Part shown: positions 1-11,420 of the stretch, piece by piece | How the letters are laid out: every line of letters begins with the position of its first letter | How positions within the stretch are numbered: position 1 is the first letter of the stretch | Source: Takakia lepidozioides | Lineage: Eukaryota; Plantae; Bryophyta | Assembly: GCA_030704615.1 (NCBI GenBank) | Contig: CM060733.1 | Coordinates: forward strand, 63,426,001-63,490,000 | Direction of reading: 5' to 3' | Length of the DNA: 64,000 nt | Notes under the pieces: model-generated | The model's input: only the letters and a program-made list of their open reading frames with translations | Databases searched by the model: none | What the model was told of the DNA's origin: nothing | Position numbers and translations under genes: made by a program

Positions 1-609
1 TCCAGGGCAAGGCAGCGAATCCGATCGTTGTTATATTTTCAAAATGTCGACGTGTGGGCCTGGGAGTGGAGTCGACTTGGTCACTCGCATGACAACTGGA
101 AACTTGTCGAATGCTTGGGTGATGTTTGATCACATCAAGCGAATTACAAACCATCAGTGGGTGACTATGGGTGCGCATGTTTATGACTATCACTCCAAGA
201 GGCTCATGACGATTGCAATCTGCGAGATGAAAGGGGAGGACACACAGTCCGAGATGCATCTGTGGGAGGGCATAAACGAGCAGATGGCAAGGGCGGGATT
301 GCTAGAGCCCAATTTCAGGGGATTCATGGCAGACAACGCTCAGGCCAACTAGGCAGCGGTGCGGCGTGTGTACGGTGAGGACCCGAATGTTCCAATGGAG
401 GGGAAAGAGAGATCCTGTGGATTCCATTGGATGCAGAGTCTATCCCACTACACTACCAAATTTGTTGCTAGGTCATTCCAGGCTGAACACCGTGTCCTTT
501 GTACGGCGTGGAAGGATGCACCCACATTTGATGACGCGGAGGTTAAGTTTGCTATCATCGAGGCTTGGTGGAACACATCAGGTGCAGTGGAGACAACCAA
601 TCTGGGAGC
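1..609 (+). pseudogene. MULE-like DDE transposase, 5' part, interrupted by a Gypsy insertion
   Basis: Reads WVMFDH...FMADNAQAN*AAVRRVYG...CGFHWMQS, resembling the MULE core D...CxxH motifs. The frame resumes exactly after the GGAGC TSD at 9843 (NLGA|LHSWLGWWHFRYR). In-frame TAG at 350-352. Confidence 0.75.
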
Positions 610-1610
610 TGTCGCGCGGCTTTTACTCACCCATCCCTTCGCTATCCGAGGCGGAAACTCCAAGATAGAAGAGTTGGAAATCTCTAAGTACTCAGCCCGC
701 GCAGAACAATCAGTCATGACCTACAGCTAGTGTATCATGGGGGTGTTTCCTATTTGTTTCCCTTTCCGCATTCATCTTAGCTACCTTACCATTGATAATT
801 AAGTATCAGTTTGCTTCATCGATCTATCGGTTCCCTCCACTAATCCATTCAATCCACAGCTTCACTCAGATCTCTCTACACAGTGTGATTGTATCGTATA
901 AGTATCAGATTATGATTTATCAGGTATCAGGCCGAAGCCATTATGTCTCTAATCTGCTCTACAATATCACTCTAGCTTTGCATATGACAAGCATCTACTA
1001 ATCCTCTTTTCTCCTTCATCGTGCTCTCCGATCTCCGCTCCCGCCTGACTCCGAAGTCCTCCCGAATAATGATCCCCTCATCATTCCCCGTTCTTCCCTT
1101 TATCCTCCTATCCGCGGTTCTAACCGTTTCCCTCTCTAACCGTCGTATGTGAACTAACATGTTCCCTTCACAGGTGTTGTTCCCCACAGTCGTTCCCTGT
1201 CCTACTCTTCGTTCCCTATTATCGTGACAGCTGTGTCAAGCGGTGACTGGCTGTGTTTGGCTGTGTCGGGCTGTGCCGGGCTGTGACTGGCTGTGTGGGC
1301 TGTGTCTGCTGTGACGACTGTGACGGGCTGTGTGGGCTGTGTGGGCTGTGACGGCTGTGTGGGCTGTGTGGGCTGTGACGACTGTGACGGGCTGTGTGGG
1401 CTGTGACGGCTGTGTGGGCTGTGACGACTGTGACGGGCTGTGTTGGCTGTGTGGGCTGTGACTGCTGTGTCGGCTGTGTGGGCTATGTAACCCCCCTCTA
1501 CAGTGCGCTGCTGTCACCCCTAAGGTTCCTGTTTGTCTCAGTCTGTGCAAAAATTAAGGGTACCCTACAGATCCCGTATAAGTGTCTAAGTCCCCTATAG
1601 TCCTCTAACA
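610..1610 (-). repeat. 3' LTR (1001 bp)
   Basis: Near-identical to 8852-9842. The visible differences are one extra 10-bp minisatellite unit and two compensating 1-bp homopolymer indels. Confidence 0.97.
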
Positions 1611-1614
1611 TTTA

Positions 1615-1628
1615 CCCCTTCCCCCCTC
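1615..1628 (-). promoter_or_regulatory. Polypurine tract
   Basis: GAGGGGGGAAGGGG on the minus strand, 4 nt before the 3' LTR. Confidence 0.9.
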
Positions 1629-1642
1629 AAAAAGCCGTGTCC

Positions 1643-4600
1643 TCACGGTTTACTGTTTCCGAGTAGCAAACCTTTGTGAGTGAGCACCTTGTTGACGTTG
1701 AGAGTTTCGTGGTGGGCTGTGTGTACGAGCCCTGACCTCCACGTGTCTATTTTTAAAGTAATTTCCGTTTCCTCTTCCGTCATCCATTTTCCTGAAGTTA
1801 TTATGTGTCCACTTGCCAATGATTCTATGGATGGTGTAACTTTAGTAGGCTGTGTTGAGCTGTGACAGGCTGTGTCATACTGTGTTACGCTGTGATAGGC
1901 TGTGTTGCACTGTGGTAAGCTGTGATAGGCTGTGACACGCTGCGGTAGGTTGTGATAGGCTGTGTCACGTCGTGATGGGCTGTGATAGGCTGTGTCACGC
2001 CGTGCTGGGCTGTGATAGGCTGTGTCACGCCGTGATGGGCTGTGATAGGCTGTGTCACGTTGTGACGGGCTGTGATAGGCTGTGTCACGCCGTGATGGGC
2101 TGTGATAGGTTGTGTCACGTTTGTTTTGCCCACCCCGGTCATATATACTGGGCCTAGCGACAAGTGTTCCATACTCCGTTCGTAACACTGGTGCAGCCCG
2201 TGACTGCTCTTGCGGTTCAACATGCAAATCATGCTGCAGGGGTTTGTCATGGATACCACTGTACCCCTTCAACTTATTTGCATTGACTCTTCCCAGCATT
2301 TCTTTGTTAATGGTTTGTAACATGGCTGTGTTGTTATCATACATCTTTTGTATGACATAAGGTCCTTTCCATGGTGATTTAAGCTTAGAAGCTTGAATCT
2401 TTCCTTTCTTCTGCAACCATAGAACCAAATCCCCCGTCTTAAAAGTCTTTAATTTGCCTTCATCAAACTGTTCCTTTCGCTTCATCTGAATTCTGGTCAT
2501 ATTATCAGCTGCATCAGCACGTACTTCTTCCACATGGTATAATTCATGTTTCCTGACCTTGATGGAGTCTTGCAATTCCATTCTTTTTCCCCACTCCGTT
2601 CTCATGGTAGGTAACAGAAATTCTACTGGAAGTAAGGCTTCCATACCATAAACTAATTGGAATGGTGTATACTTAGTGGTGACTTTATATGAAGTCCTGT
2701 ATGACCACAAAGCTGTCAGCAGCTTTGTATCCCAATCCGTTCTGTTTGCATTGACTATCTTAGCCAAGATAGTACATAGTATTTTGTTGGTAGCCTCTGC
2801 CTGTCCATTACCCTGTGGGTAATATGTTGTACTCTTTCTATGCACAATCATAAACTCTTTAGTCAATAACTCAATGGTCTCATTCATGAAGTGACTTCCT
2901 TGATCACTGATAAATTCTAAGGGACATCCAAATCGTGTAAGTATGTTCTCGTACAGGAACCTTGCTGTGGACTTGGCTGTGTTGTCCCTCAAAGCTTTAG
3001 CTTCCACCCACTTTGTAGTATAATCAGTGGCTGTAATTATGTACCTGTTTTGTGTATTCTTGGATGGTGGATTAATTGGTCCAACAAAGTCTAGTCCCCA
3101 TTTCTGAAATGGTTCCGTAGGCATTGTAGGATGCAAGGCCATTCTTCCAGATCTCTGCAAAGGTCCTAGCCTCTGACATTCATCACACTTCTGACAATAC
3201 TCATGTACATCTTTGAACAAAGTAGGCCACCAGTATCCTGCGAGTAGTATCTTTCTACTGGTAGTCTCTTCTCCAAAATGACCTCCAGCCACTCCTTTAT
3301 GAACTTCCTCCAAGACTTTATTTACTTCATGGTGGTACAAGCATCGTTTTAGTACCCCATCTGGTCCTAACTTATACATTCTGCTTCCTACCATAGTATA
3401 AGGTAAAGCTTTGATAGCGATTCTCTTCCTCTGCTCCTTACCATAACTAGGTGGGCACTGACCATGAGCAAGGTAGTATCTGATTGGCCACTGCCAATCT
3501 AACCATTCATCTGCACTTCCTTGCACCTCCATTACAAATAAACTCGCATCAGGTAACTGATCGTCCACTCCTGTGGCGGCCTCTCCTGTTGTTAGTCGTG
3601 ACAAATGATCTGCCACAAGATGCAAACGGCCAGGCTTGTAAATAACCTCGAACTCAAACTCATGCAAGATTATTAACCACCTCGCTATCCTTCCACTTAT
3701 CAAAGGTTTGTTCACCAGATATATCAGAGCCTGGTGATCCACATAAAACATAAACTTTCTTCCCAATAGGTAATGCCTGAATTTCTTCACTGCATAGATC
3801 ATTGCCAATGCTTCTCTTTCCGTTGTGCTATAGTTCCTCTCAGCACTGTTCATCAACCGGCTAGCATAGTACACAGGTGAATCTATATTCCCTGTAACAT
3901 TCTGGGCTAACACCGCTCCCAACGCTTCTCCTGATGCATCGCAGTGAACATGAAATACTACATGCCAGTGAGGGTTAATCAGCACAGGTGTAGTTGTTAC
4001 TGACAGTGTAAGTTCCTCAAACGCCTGTTGACATTCAGCTGTCCATGCAAACACTGCATCTTTCTTCAGAAGCTTGCTCAATGGTGCTGCTATTTGTGCA
4101 TACCTTTTGACAAATCTTCTGTAATAACTGGTTTGCCCAAGGAATCTCCTTAAACTCTTAACATTCACTGGTGGTGGAGAGACTTTAATGGACTCTGTCT
4201 TCCTGGGATCCACAAGAAGTCCCTTCTTACACACTATGTGTCCCAGAAGCACCCCTGAGTTCACACAGAAAGTACACTTCTCTGGATTCAAGCCCAGACC
4301 TCTCATCCTGCATCTGGCCAGGCATAACTCCAATTTATGCAAGTGCTCATTCTTAGAGCTGTACACACTGAAATCATCCAAGAATACCTGCATGAAATCA
4401 TCCAGATACTCATGAAAAGATTCACTTATCACTCTCTGAAAGGTCGCTGGTGCATTACAAAGTCCAAAGGGCATGACTTTGTATGCATAAGCCCCCCAGT
4501 CTGTGATGAAAGCTGTTTTCCCTTGGTCTTCTTCTGCCACTTGCACTTGATTATAACCACTGAAGCCATCCATGAATGAGTACATCTCATGGCCTGCCAC

Positions 4601-7600
4601 AGTGTCTAATACTGCTTCTGTGAATGGCAAAGGGAAAGGATCTTTCTTCGTACAAGCATTCAGCTTCTTATAGTTCACACATACTCTTAGTTTGCCATTC
4701 TTCTTGGGAACTATAACAATGGGTGACAACCAAGTTGTATACTCTATTGGGTATATAAACTTAGCCTCAGCCAACTTCTTTATCTCTTCTCCAACCTTCT
4801 GTGCGTAGTTGGGATTCATTCTATACCTCGCCTGCTTGATTGGTACTGACCCTGGTTCCAGTTCAATTTTATGCTGACAGACTTCAGGTGGTATCCCTTT
4901 TAGATCCTCATAGCTCCAAGCAAATACATCTCTGTATTTGATGAACAAGCTTTTAGCTTCTTCGAAGAACTCCGGCTCCAAATCAGCTCCTACTTTCACC
5001 ATTCTCGGTTCCTCCTGAGTTCCCACATTTACTTCTCTCACCTGCTCATCAGCTGTGATTGTCCAACCAGTCACCACTTCATCCTTTAAGCTCACAGTGG
5101 CTGGTTCTTCTAGGATTTCTATCTCTCCCTCCTTTTCTTCATAGAAATGTGGTGGGTAACAGTTGGTTTCCTCTTCAATTGGTGTTGCCGACACTACACC
5201 ACAGCAGATACCTCTTAAACAACTTAGGCTTTCCAGCCGCATCTCCGCAACCTGCTCCCATTCTGGGTGTGCAGCAAATAGGGTAGCTTCCTGCTCCTCA
5301 TCCAGTCCTCCCCTCCAGTCATACTCTCTGACTCCTCGAGGTCTTCTTGTAGCAGGTAATCTACTAGATTTCTTTGTGGTAATTTGTATCTCGTGCATCC
5401 CATTATGCACAGTTAGTAACTGAGAATTCCAGTCATGGAATACCCTGGCCTGTTTCAGCCACGGACGTCCCAATAGTAAGGAGTAAGCCTCCATGACTTC
5501 ATCCATTTTTAATACAGTTACTGTGATCATAAAGATCATTTTCTGTATCTGTATCTTAACTCCTCTTATTAATCCCAATGGCTGTACACTTCTTTGATCT
5601 GCCATTGTTACTGTAAATGGGGCTGGTTTCATGTTACTTAGACCAAGCTTCTTCCTTAATTGGTCTGTCATGATATTTACTCCAGAACCACCATCTATCA
5701 GTACATCAATTCTCAATTGGATTACTGGCATAGAATCATCAAAGTCCATGACTGGTTCTCGCCCTTCCGGCTTCACATTATAACTGGTCACCTTGCTGTT
5801 CAGGTCTGTGTTTCCTGTCTCTTGGGCAATTCGATTGATTGCCTGATACAGCCTGTGCCTACAATAAGGTGCCACAGCTAATAGCTGTCCAATGGTAATT
5901 TCTGCTTTGGTCTGACATATTACTGCAGCCAAAGTCTCTTCATTACTTTGCATGTCTGCATCCTCTTTTTTCCTTTCTTCCTCACTCCCCTCTTTTTCTC
6001 CATCCAAATCAGAGGAATCTGCCACAGGAATATTAGTACTCTTTTGCATTTCCCTTATAGTATCTGCCACTTCCTTGTGCAGTTCCTTCTCATCCTTCCA
6101 AGTCTCTTCATCTTCAGGCATATCATTGCCACTTCCAGTCTCATCTTCTTCCTCTTCTACTGGAGGTATTAGTTTGGCTTTACTTCTTGTTACTATCATT
6201 GTACTTACTTCTGGTACAACACATGGCCTAACCATGTGAGCTGCCACCACTGGGCCCTCATTCACAGGAGCTCTCATCTCATTCTGGTGTCTTATCCAGA
6301 ATGAACAGGCTGCCTTGCGATGTCCTGGCTGATTACAATAGTAACATAGCTCTTCACCATTGGGTCCTCGCCCTTGGTCTGGTCTTGGATTATTTCTATA
6401 ATCCTGATTCCCGGGCTGGTAATTCCCCCTTGGATTACCCTGATAGTTGCCTCTGGAATTTCCTTGGTAATTCCCTCTTGAATTACCTCTCCCTTCCATG
6501 CCATTGTTATAACCACCAGACCTACCATAGTGGTCCTGATCATTGCTTCTTCTTGGCTGGGGTTGCACCTGATGCACCCTCACTTGCCTAGGTTCTCTTG
6601 TAGCTGTCCTTCTGTTGTAGTAACAATTCTCAGTAGAATGGTTATCCATTTTACAGATAGTACAGTGTTTCTCCTTCATGTGGCATTCTGCAGTGGTATG
6701 GCCTTCATTCTGGCACTTTGCACACCATACACCCTTTCTCCAATGTGTTGCAGCCTCTGTGGCATACTTCTTCAAGATTTCTTCCAATCTTTTCTCATAG
6801 TTATCCCTCTTCAACTTTTCCTTTCTCTTACTCTTTCTTTTTAGTTCTTGCTCTTCTTCTTCATCTGACTCATCTTCAGAGTCCTCATCTTCCTTTTTCT
6901 CTCTCCTGAGCATTCCCAATTGCTCAATTCTGTTTGCAGTTTCAAATGCCTCCTCCACTGTATTATGGGGTAACATATCCACTTTCTTCTGCAACTCTGG
7001 TCTTAGTCCACTCACAAACCAAGTCTTCTGTAAACCGGGTGCTGGTACTGCAGCCAGCTTTTTCATCATCAATTCCATCTTCTCCATATACTCTTCAACA
7101 GTTTCATGCTTCTTCTGCTTCAGCTGTTGTAAACTTCCATACACTTCATCCTCAGTTTTACTTGTCCTGAACCTATTTCGAAATGCTGTATTCAAGCCAT
7201 TCCAGGTTAGGAAATGATTATCAGGGAATCTTGCATACCATTCACTTGCTTTCTTGATAAGTGAACAAGGAAACAGTCTCATCTTGGCATCATCGCCATT
7301 CTCATTGTTCACTATACACATGTGCTCAAATTGGCTAATGTGTACATCGGGATCCCCTTTTCCTGAATATATTGGAAAGGGTGGTTTTGCCCGTGTTGGT
7401 TGTAACGCCATATGTGGCCCTACCTTCTGCCCACTGACAGGTGCTGGCACCCTTGCTGGTGCTGGTCCTTCTGGACCTGTTGTTTTTGTGGTGGATCTTC
7501 CACCAAGTGGTGGCCCTTGAGCACTCCCTGCTTCTGGCCCCACGATATTCACAGTATTCCCAGCTTCAGTTGCACTACTTCCCACACTCCCTGTCCCCCC

Positions 7601-8242
7601 AGAGCCAGATCCAGGCAGCCCGCCTGATCCCCCTGAGCCGACACCTTCGTTGGCCTGTGATCTAAGTGCTCCACTTGATCCAGGTCCAACGGGTTGGGAT
7701 GTCCTGGTTGTAGTCTCAACCTCAGCTGTTGGGTCTACTTCTTCATATTCTTCCTCTTCCAATTTCTTCTCTCCGTTTTCATCCTCCAAGTTCTGCCCTT
7801 GGGTTTCTTCTTCACTCATGTAACTCAACTGTAATGGTGTTGGAGAGTCTGAACTCTCCGTTGGCTCTGCCACATCCTCATCTCCTTCTTCATCTTCTGC
7901 TTCAGAAACTGGAGTTCCTGCTTTTGGTGTTCCATGCCAACTCTTATCAAAGATTTCTGTCAAGTCTTTTATCCAAGGATGTACCTCAGATCTTTCACCT
8001 CGTGATTGATCTTCTTCCTGTACCAATTCCCTTAATCTTTCTTGCAAAGAAACAGAAGGAGTGACATCCAACTCTAGTTCTTCCGGTATAGGTGATGCAC
8101 TTTTTGATCTTGATGGTGTGAGAGGTCCAGATGATTCCCCTATGTCTATTCCTCTCTCCCAAAGATATGGATAATTAGCTTTCAGATAGCTTTCTCTTTT
8201 TGATGAATATCTTTGTCGTCTAGCTTCTCTTTCATCACTCAT
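1643..8242 (-). CDS. Gag-Pol polyprotein (2199 aa, intact)
   Basis: Retrotransposon gag domain; CCHC knuckles (CAKCQNEGHTTAEC, CTICKMDNHSTENC, CYYCNQPGHRKAAC); protease LIDGGS; RT MPFGLCNAPATFQR...FLDDF; RNase H HCDAS...EREALA...DHQAL; integrase HHCC, WGLDF, SDQG, GQAE and GPY. Confidence 0.96.
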   Translation of the reverse strand: MSDEREARRQRYSSKRESYLKANYPYLWERGIDIGESSGPLTPSRSKSASPIPEELELDVTPSVSLQERLRELVQEEDQSRGERSEVHPWIKDLTEIFDKSWHGTPKAGTPVSEAEDEEGDEDVAEPTESSDSPTPLQLSYMSEEETQGQNLEDENGEKKLEEEEYEEVDPTAEVETTTRTSQPVGPGSSGALRSQANEGVGSGGSGGLPGSGSGGTGSVGSSATEAGNTVNIVGPEAGSAQGPPLGGRSTTKTTGPEGPAPARVPAPVSGQKVGPHMALQPTRAKPPFPIYSGKGDPDVHISQFEHMCIVNNENGDDAKMRLFPCSLIKKASEWYARFPDNHFLTWNGLNTAFRNRFRTSKTEDEVYGSLQQLKQKKHETVEEYMEKMELMMKKLAAVPAPGLQKTWFVSGLRPELQKKVDMLPHNTVEEAFETANRIEQLGMLRREKKEDEDSEDESDEEEEQELKRKSKRKEKLKRDNYEKRLEEILKKYATEAATHWRKGVWCAKCQNEGHTTAECHMKEKHCTICKMDNHSTENCYYNRRTATREPRQVRVHQVQPQPRRSNDQDHYGRSGGYNNGMEGRGNSRGNYQGNSRGNYQGNPRGNYQPGNQDYRNNPRPDQGRGPNGEELCYYCNQPGHRKAACSFWIRHQNEMRAPVNEGPVVAAHMVRPCVVPEVSTMIVTRSKAKLIPPVEEEEDETGSGNDMPEDEETWKDEKELHKEVADTIREMQKSTNIPVADSSDLDGEKEGSEEERKKEDADMQSNEETLAAVICQTKAEITIGQLLAVAPYCRHRLYQAINRIAQETGNTDLNSKVTSYNVKPEGREPVMDFDDSMPVIQLRIDVLIDGGSGVNIMTDQLRKKLGLSNMKPAPFTVTMADQRSVQPLGLIRGVKIQIQKMIFMITVTVLKMDEVMEAYSLLLGRPWLKQARVFHDWNSQLLTVHNGMHEIQITTKKSSRLPATRRPRGVREYDWRGGLDEEQEATLFAAHPEWEQVAEMRLESLSCLRGICCGVVSATPIEEETNCYPPHFYEEKEGEIEILEEPATVSLKDEVVTGWTITADEQVREVNVGTQEEPRMVKVGADLEPEFFEEAKSLFIKYRDVFAWSYEDLKGIPPEVCQHKIELEPGSVPIKQARYRMNPNYAQKVGEEIKKLAEAKFIYPIEYTTWLSPIVIVPKKNGKLRVCVNYKKLNACTKKDPFPLPFTEAVLDTVAGHEMYSFMDGFSGYNQVQVAEEDQGKTAFITDWGAYAYKVMPFGLCNAPATFQRVISESFHEYLDDFMQVFLDDFSVYSSKNEHLHKLELCLARCRMRGLGLNPEKCTFCVNSGVLLGHIVCKKGLLVDPRKTESIKVSPPPVNVKSLRRFLGQTSYYRRFVKRYAQIAAPLSKLLKKDAVFAWTAECQQAFEELTLSVTTTPVLINPHWHVVFHVHCDASGEALGAVLAQNVTGNIDSPVYYASRLMNSAERNYSTTEREALAMIYAVKKFRHYLLGRKFMFYVDHQALIYLVNKPLISGRIARWLIILHEFEFEVIYKPGRLHLVADHLSRLTTGEAATGVDDQLPDASLFVMEVQGSADEWLDWQWPIRYYLAHGQCPPSYGKEQRKRIAIKALPYTMVGSRMYKLGPDGVLKRCLYHHEVNKVLEEVHKGVAGGHFGEETTSRKILLAGYWWPTLFKDVHEYCQKCDECQRLGPLQRSGRMALHPTMPTEPFQKWGLDFVGPINPPSKNTQNRYIITATDYTTKWVEAKALRDNTAKSTARFLYENILTRFGCPLEFISDQGSHFMNETIELLTKEFMIVHRKSTTYYPQGNGQAEATNKILCTILAKIVNANRTDWDTKLLTALWSYRTSYKVTTKYTPFQLVYGMEALLPVEFLLPTMRTEWGKRMELQDSIKVRKHELYHVEEVRADAADNMTRIQMKRKEQFDEGKLKTFKTGDLVLWLQKKGKIQASKLKSPWKGPYVIQKMYDNNTAMLQTINKEMLGRVNANKLKGYSGIHDKPLQHDLHVEPQEQSRAAPVLRTEYGTLVARPSIYDRGGQNKRDTTYHSPSRRDTAYHSPSQRDTAYHSPSRRDTAYHSPARRDTAYHSPSRRDTAYHNLPQRVTAYHSLPQCNTAYHSVTQYDTACHSSTQPTKVTPSIESLASGHIITSGKWMTEEETEITLKIDTWRSGLVHTAHHETLNVNKVLTHKGLLLGNSKP
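1850..2120 (-). repeat. 30-bp in-frame tandem repeat at the integrase C-terminus (RRDTAYHSPS)n
   Basis: About 8 copies of GGCTGTGATAGGCTGTGTCACGCCGTGATG, built from 10-bp GGCTGTG subunits. Confidence 0.9.
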
Positions 8243-8263
8243 GTCCCATGTCTTTCATTTCTT

Positions 8264-8959
8264 TTAATGTGGCAATAACCAAAACTCTCTTCTGTAATAT
8301 CTCTCGTATATGCCTGGATTTCTTTCAAGCTTCAATGCACCCTTGGCTATACTTGAAGTCTCCGTTACCATATAACCATATGGCAAACAAGTCTGAAAAG
8401 CTGTTCTTGGTGTGAGTTTGATCCACAAAATATCCTTTGGAATCCAATTCTTTACCAGTACAAGCTCTTCATGCATATGAGTATAAACATTCACCTTTCT
8501 TTCTTCCCAGCCTTCAAACTCTACTCGTTTAATGGATAGCAACGCTATCACATAAACTAATGTTGGTAACCAACGTGCTCTTCCTCTACAGGCTACCTGA
8601 TAAATCTTTATCACTCCTTTCTCCAGACCCCATTCTGGATCAGCATCATGCACTCGTTTAAGAATATTTTCTTTACATCCGTCTGGCAATTCCAAGAACC
8701 TTTGAAAGAATTGTTTGGACAATCTTTCTTCCTTCGTTCCACAGGGAATTTGATTCACTTCAAATTCTTTAATGGTCCAACCACCATGATCCCACCAGAT
8801 GCCTGTCACATCTGGTTGTTCATGTCCCAGGTCCCCAGTATGGTCGCCAAATGTCGCGCGGCTTTTACTCACCCATCCCTTCGCTATCCGAGGCGGAAAC
8901 TCCAAGATAGAAGAGTTGGAAATCTCTAAGTACTCAGCCCGCGCAGAACAATCAGTCAT
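8264..8959 (-). CDS. Extra ORF upstream of gag, unknown function
   Basis: 231 open codons running from inside the 5' LTR across the PBS and stopping 22 nt before the gag ATG. Globular-like composition. Confidence 0.55.
   Translation of the reverse strand: MTDCSARAEYLEISNSSILEFPPRIAKGWVSKSRATFGDHTGDLGHEQPDVTGIWWDHGGWTIKEFEVNQIPCGTKEERLSKQFFQRFLELPDGCKENILKRVHDADPEWGLEKGVIKIYQVACRGRARWLPTLVYVIALLSIKRVEFEGWEERKVNVYTHMHEELVLVKNWIPKDILWIKLTPRTAFQTCLPYGYMVTETSSIAKGALKLERNPGIYERYYRREFWLLPH
8832..8849 (-). promoter_or_regulatory. Primer binding site (non-Met tRNA, possibly Arg)
   Basis: TGGCGACCATACTGGGGA, 2 nt after the 5' LTR. Confidence 0.8.
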
Positions 8960-9842
8960 GACCTACAGCTAGTGTATCATGGGGGTGTTTCCTATTTGTT
9001 TCCCTTTCCGCATTCATCTTAGCTACCTTACCATTGATAATTAAGTATCAGTTTGCTTCATCGATCTATCGGTTCCCTCCACTAATCCATTCAATCCACA
9101 GCTTCACTCAGATCTCTCTACACAGTGTGATTGTATCGTATAAGTATCAGATTATGATTTATCAGGTATCAGGCCGAAGCCATTATGTCTCTAATCTGCT
9201 CTACAATATCACTCTAGCTTTGCATATGACAAGCATCTACTAATCCTCTTTTCTCCTTCATCGTGCTCTCCGATCTCCGCTCCCGCCTGACTCCGAAGTC
9301 CTCCCCGAATAATGATCCCTCATCATTCCCCGTTCTTCCCTTTATCCTCCTATCCGCGGTTCTAACCGTTTCCCTCTCTAACCGTCGTATGTGAACTAAC
9401 ATGTTCCCTTCACAGGTGTTGTTCCCCACAGTCGTTCCCTGTCCTACTCTTCGTTCCCTATTATCGTGACAGCTGTGTCAAGCGGTGACTGGCTGTGTTT
9501 GGCTGTGTCGGGCTGTGACTGGCTGTGTGGGCTGTGTCTGCTGTGACGACTGTGACGGGCTGTGTGGGCTGTGTGGGCTGTGACGGCTGTGTGGGCTGTG
9601 TGGGCTGTGACGACTGTGACGGGCTGTGTGGGCTGTGACGGCTGTGTGGGCTGTGACGACTGTGACGGGCTGTGTTGGCTGTGTGGGCTGTGACTGCTGT
9701 GTCGGCTGTGTGGGCTATGTAACCCCCCTCTACAGTGCGCTGCTGTCACCCCTAAGGTTCCTGTTTGTCTCAGTCTGTGCAAAAATTAAGGGTACCCTAC
9801 AGATCCCGTATAAGTGTCTAAGTCCCCTATAGTCCTCTAACA
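8852..9842 (-). repeat. 5' LTR (991 bp)
   Basis: Direct repeat of 610-1610; contains a GGCTGTG(A/T) minisatellite at ~9467-9719. Confidence 0.97.
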
Positions 9843-9847
9843 GGAGC

Positions 9848-11420
9848 ATTGCACAGCTGGTTGGGGTGGTGGCATTTTCGGTATCGATAGTTCGGACAGT
9901 ACATGCGGGAGGTAGGCTGCTGTCATTTTCGTTCATTTGTCTTTCTGTTACGGACATTTCGATTGGTCCCTCACCATTGTTTGTGTCCTTCTAGGAGCGG
10001 TGCTTGGATTCCGACACGGACATGCCGAACATGAATATGGCAGAATCAGTCCACTCCTCCTGGCGAGCGTCTTCTGCCGCACATCTGGTGGACGTAGTGA
10101 CGGCCACAACGGAGGACATCGACAGAGCAATCATGCAGCAAGCCACATACTACAAGTTCTTGAGCAGCAAACAATGGGGCTTTGGGCCGGACAGGGAGGA
10201 ATTGTTGGTACGAATAGCTTCGAGGTCCAAGAATCCAGTGAAATGGGCGACAGCATTGCGAGAGAAGATCAAAGGGACGCCTCTGCACCGCAGAGGTGAA
10301 CACCTAGAGGGGGACGTCCGGACTCGCCCTGTGAGGCGGAGGATTGAAGAGGAACCCGGGTGCGAAGAGGATTCCTGGAGATCCGACAGGAACATTCGGA
10401 CAGCACCTCGAGGTCCCGTCATGTTGCCGCACAATGTGTCTTCCAGCAGTGGAAGCCCAAGAAATTCCAGATCGCCGTCGCCTTCAACCGGGGATTTCGT
10501 GCAAAAAATTCCCACCGCTCCCTTGCCCCAGATTCCACCCGCTGTTATGCAGTATGGCCAAGCCATTGTGGAGACGACTGTGTCTGCCTCACAGTGGAGA
10601 ATTGCTCGCACAAAGCCGTCGTTTCGAGGAAGATGTTCCGCAATTCGTGTGGATACATGACAACGTTGTTTAGAGATGATAAGGAGGAATCCAGATGGGG
10701 CTGTCCCTGCTCCTACTTTTACAGGAAGATTTGTCTATGCAAAGTTTGCGGAGGCGACAACCACCCAGTTCTGGTTCTGCAGGCACGACATTATGACTTG
10801 CGTGTATGGAAAGCCCAAGTACGGCATACAAACAATGCCAGAGGCTCCCCCGGTGTGGCCGGTGGAACCAGGCTGCGATCTGAGTCAGGTTGAGGCCGAC
10901 GCCCTTACCGCCGCAGGATTTTGAATGGTGCAGCGCACTGACGTCCCCAGACAACCATTTCCGCTTCCACAGCCTCCACCACCGACCCCTGTGAGAGCAA
11001 GAACAATGGGACACGACAGCTCTAAGCATCCTACACACCGTTGGGGGAAACCGAAGAGGCGGCGACCTCCCTCAAAAGTGAACGAGACAAGGATGGGGAA
11101 TGCACTTCGGATGAACTGTACAATCCAGAGCTCGACAGAAGTGCCCCCACCAGGATTCGGGCGTGTGTATCAGATGGCCACGGCGGGCTGTTCGCAATGA
11201 GGTGTACACCATCACCATTTCAGAATTACCCACCTGCAATTGCACCGACTTCCAGATCATGACGAACAAGGGGGCATCATACTGCCCTTGCAAGCATTTG
11301 TACTACGTGTACCTAAAGAGACTCCGTTGTAATTCCACAACTCATCACTTCATACATGCACCAGGGTTGAGCCCCCAGGAGGTTCACACTCTTCTGAATA
11401 TGGATCCAGGGGACCAGTGA
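9848..11420 (+). pseudogene. MULE-like transposase, 3' part with SWIM zinc finger
   Basis: A phase-0 GT-AG intron at 9912-9994 restores the frame into PNMNMAESVHSSW (TNNxxES-like catalytic E). C-terminal SWIM motif CNC...CKH. Stops at 9888, 10658 and 10922, and a frameshift near 11190. Confidence 0.75.

Larger units (their letters stand above)
610..9842 (-). mobile_element. Full-length Ty3/Gypsy LTR retrotransposon (non-chromovirus, Athila/Phygy/Selgy-like), recent insertion
   Basis: TG...CA LTRs at 610-1610 and 8852-9842, 5-bp TSD GGAGC (605-609 and 9843-9847), PBS, PPT, and a single 2199-aa gag-pol in PR-RT-RH-IN order. Confidence 0.97.
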
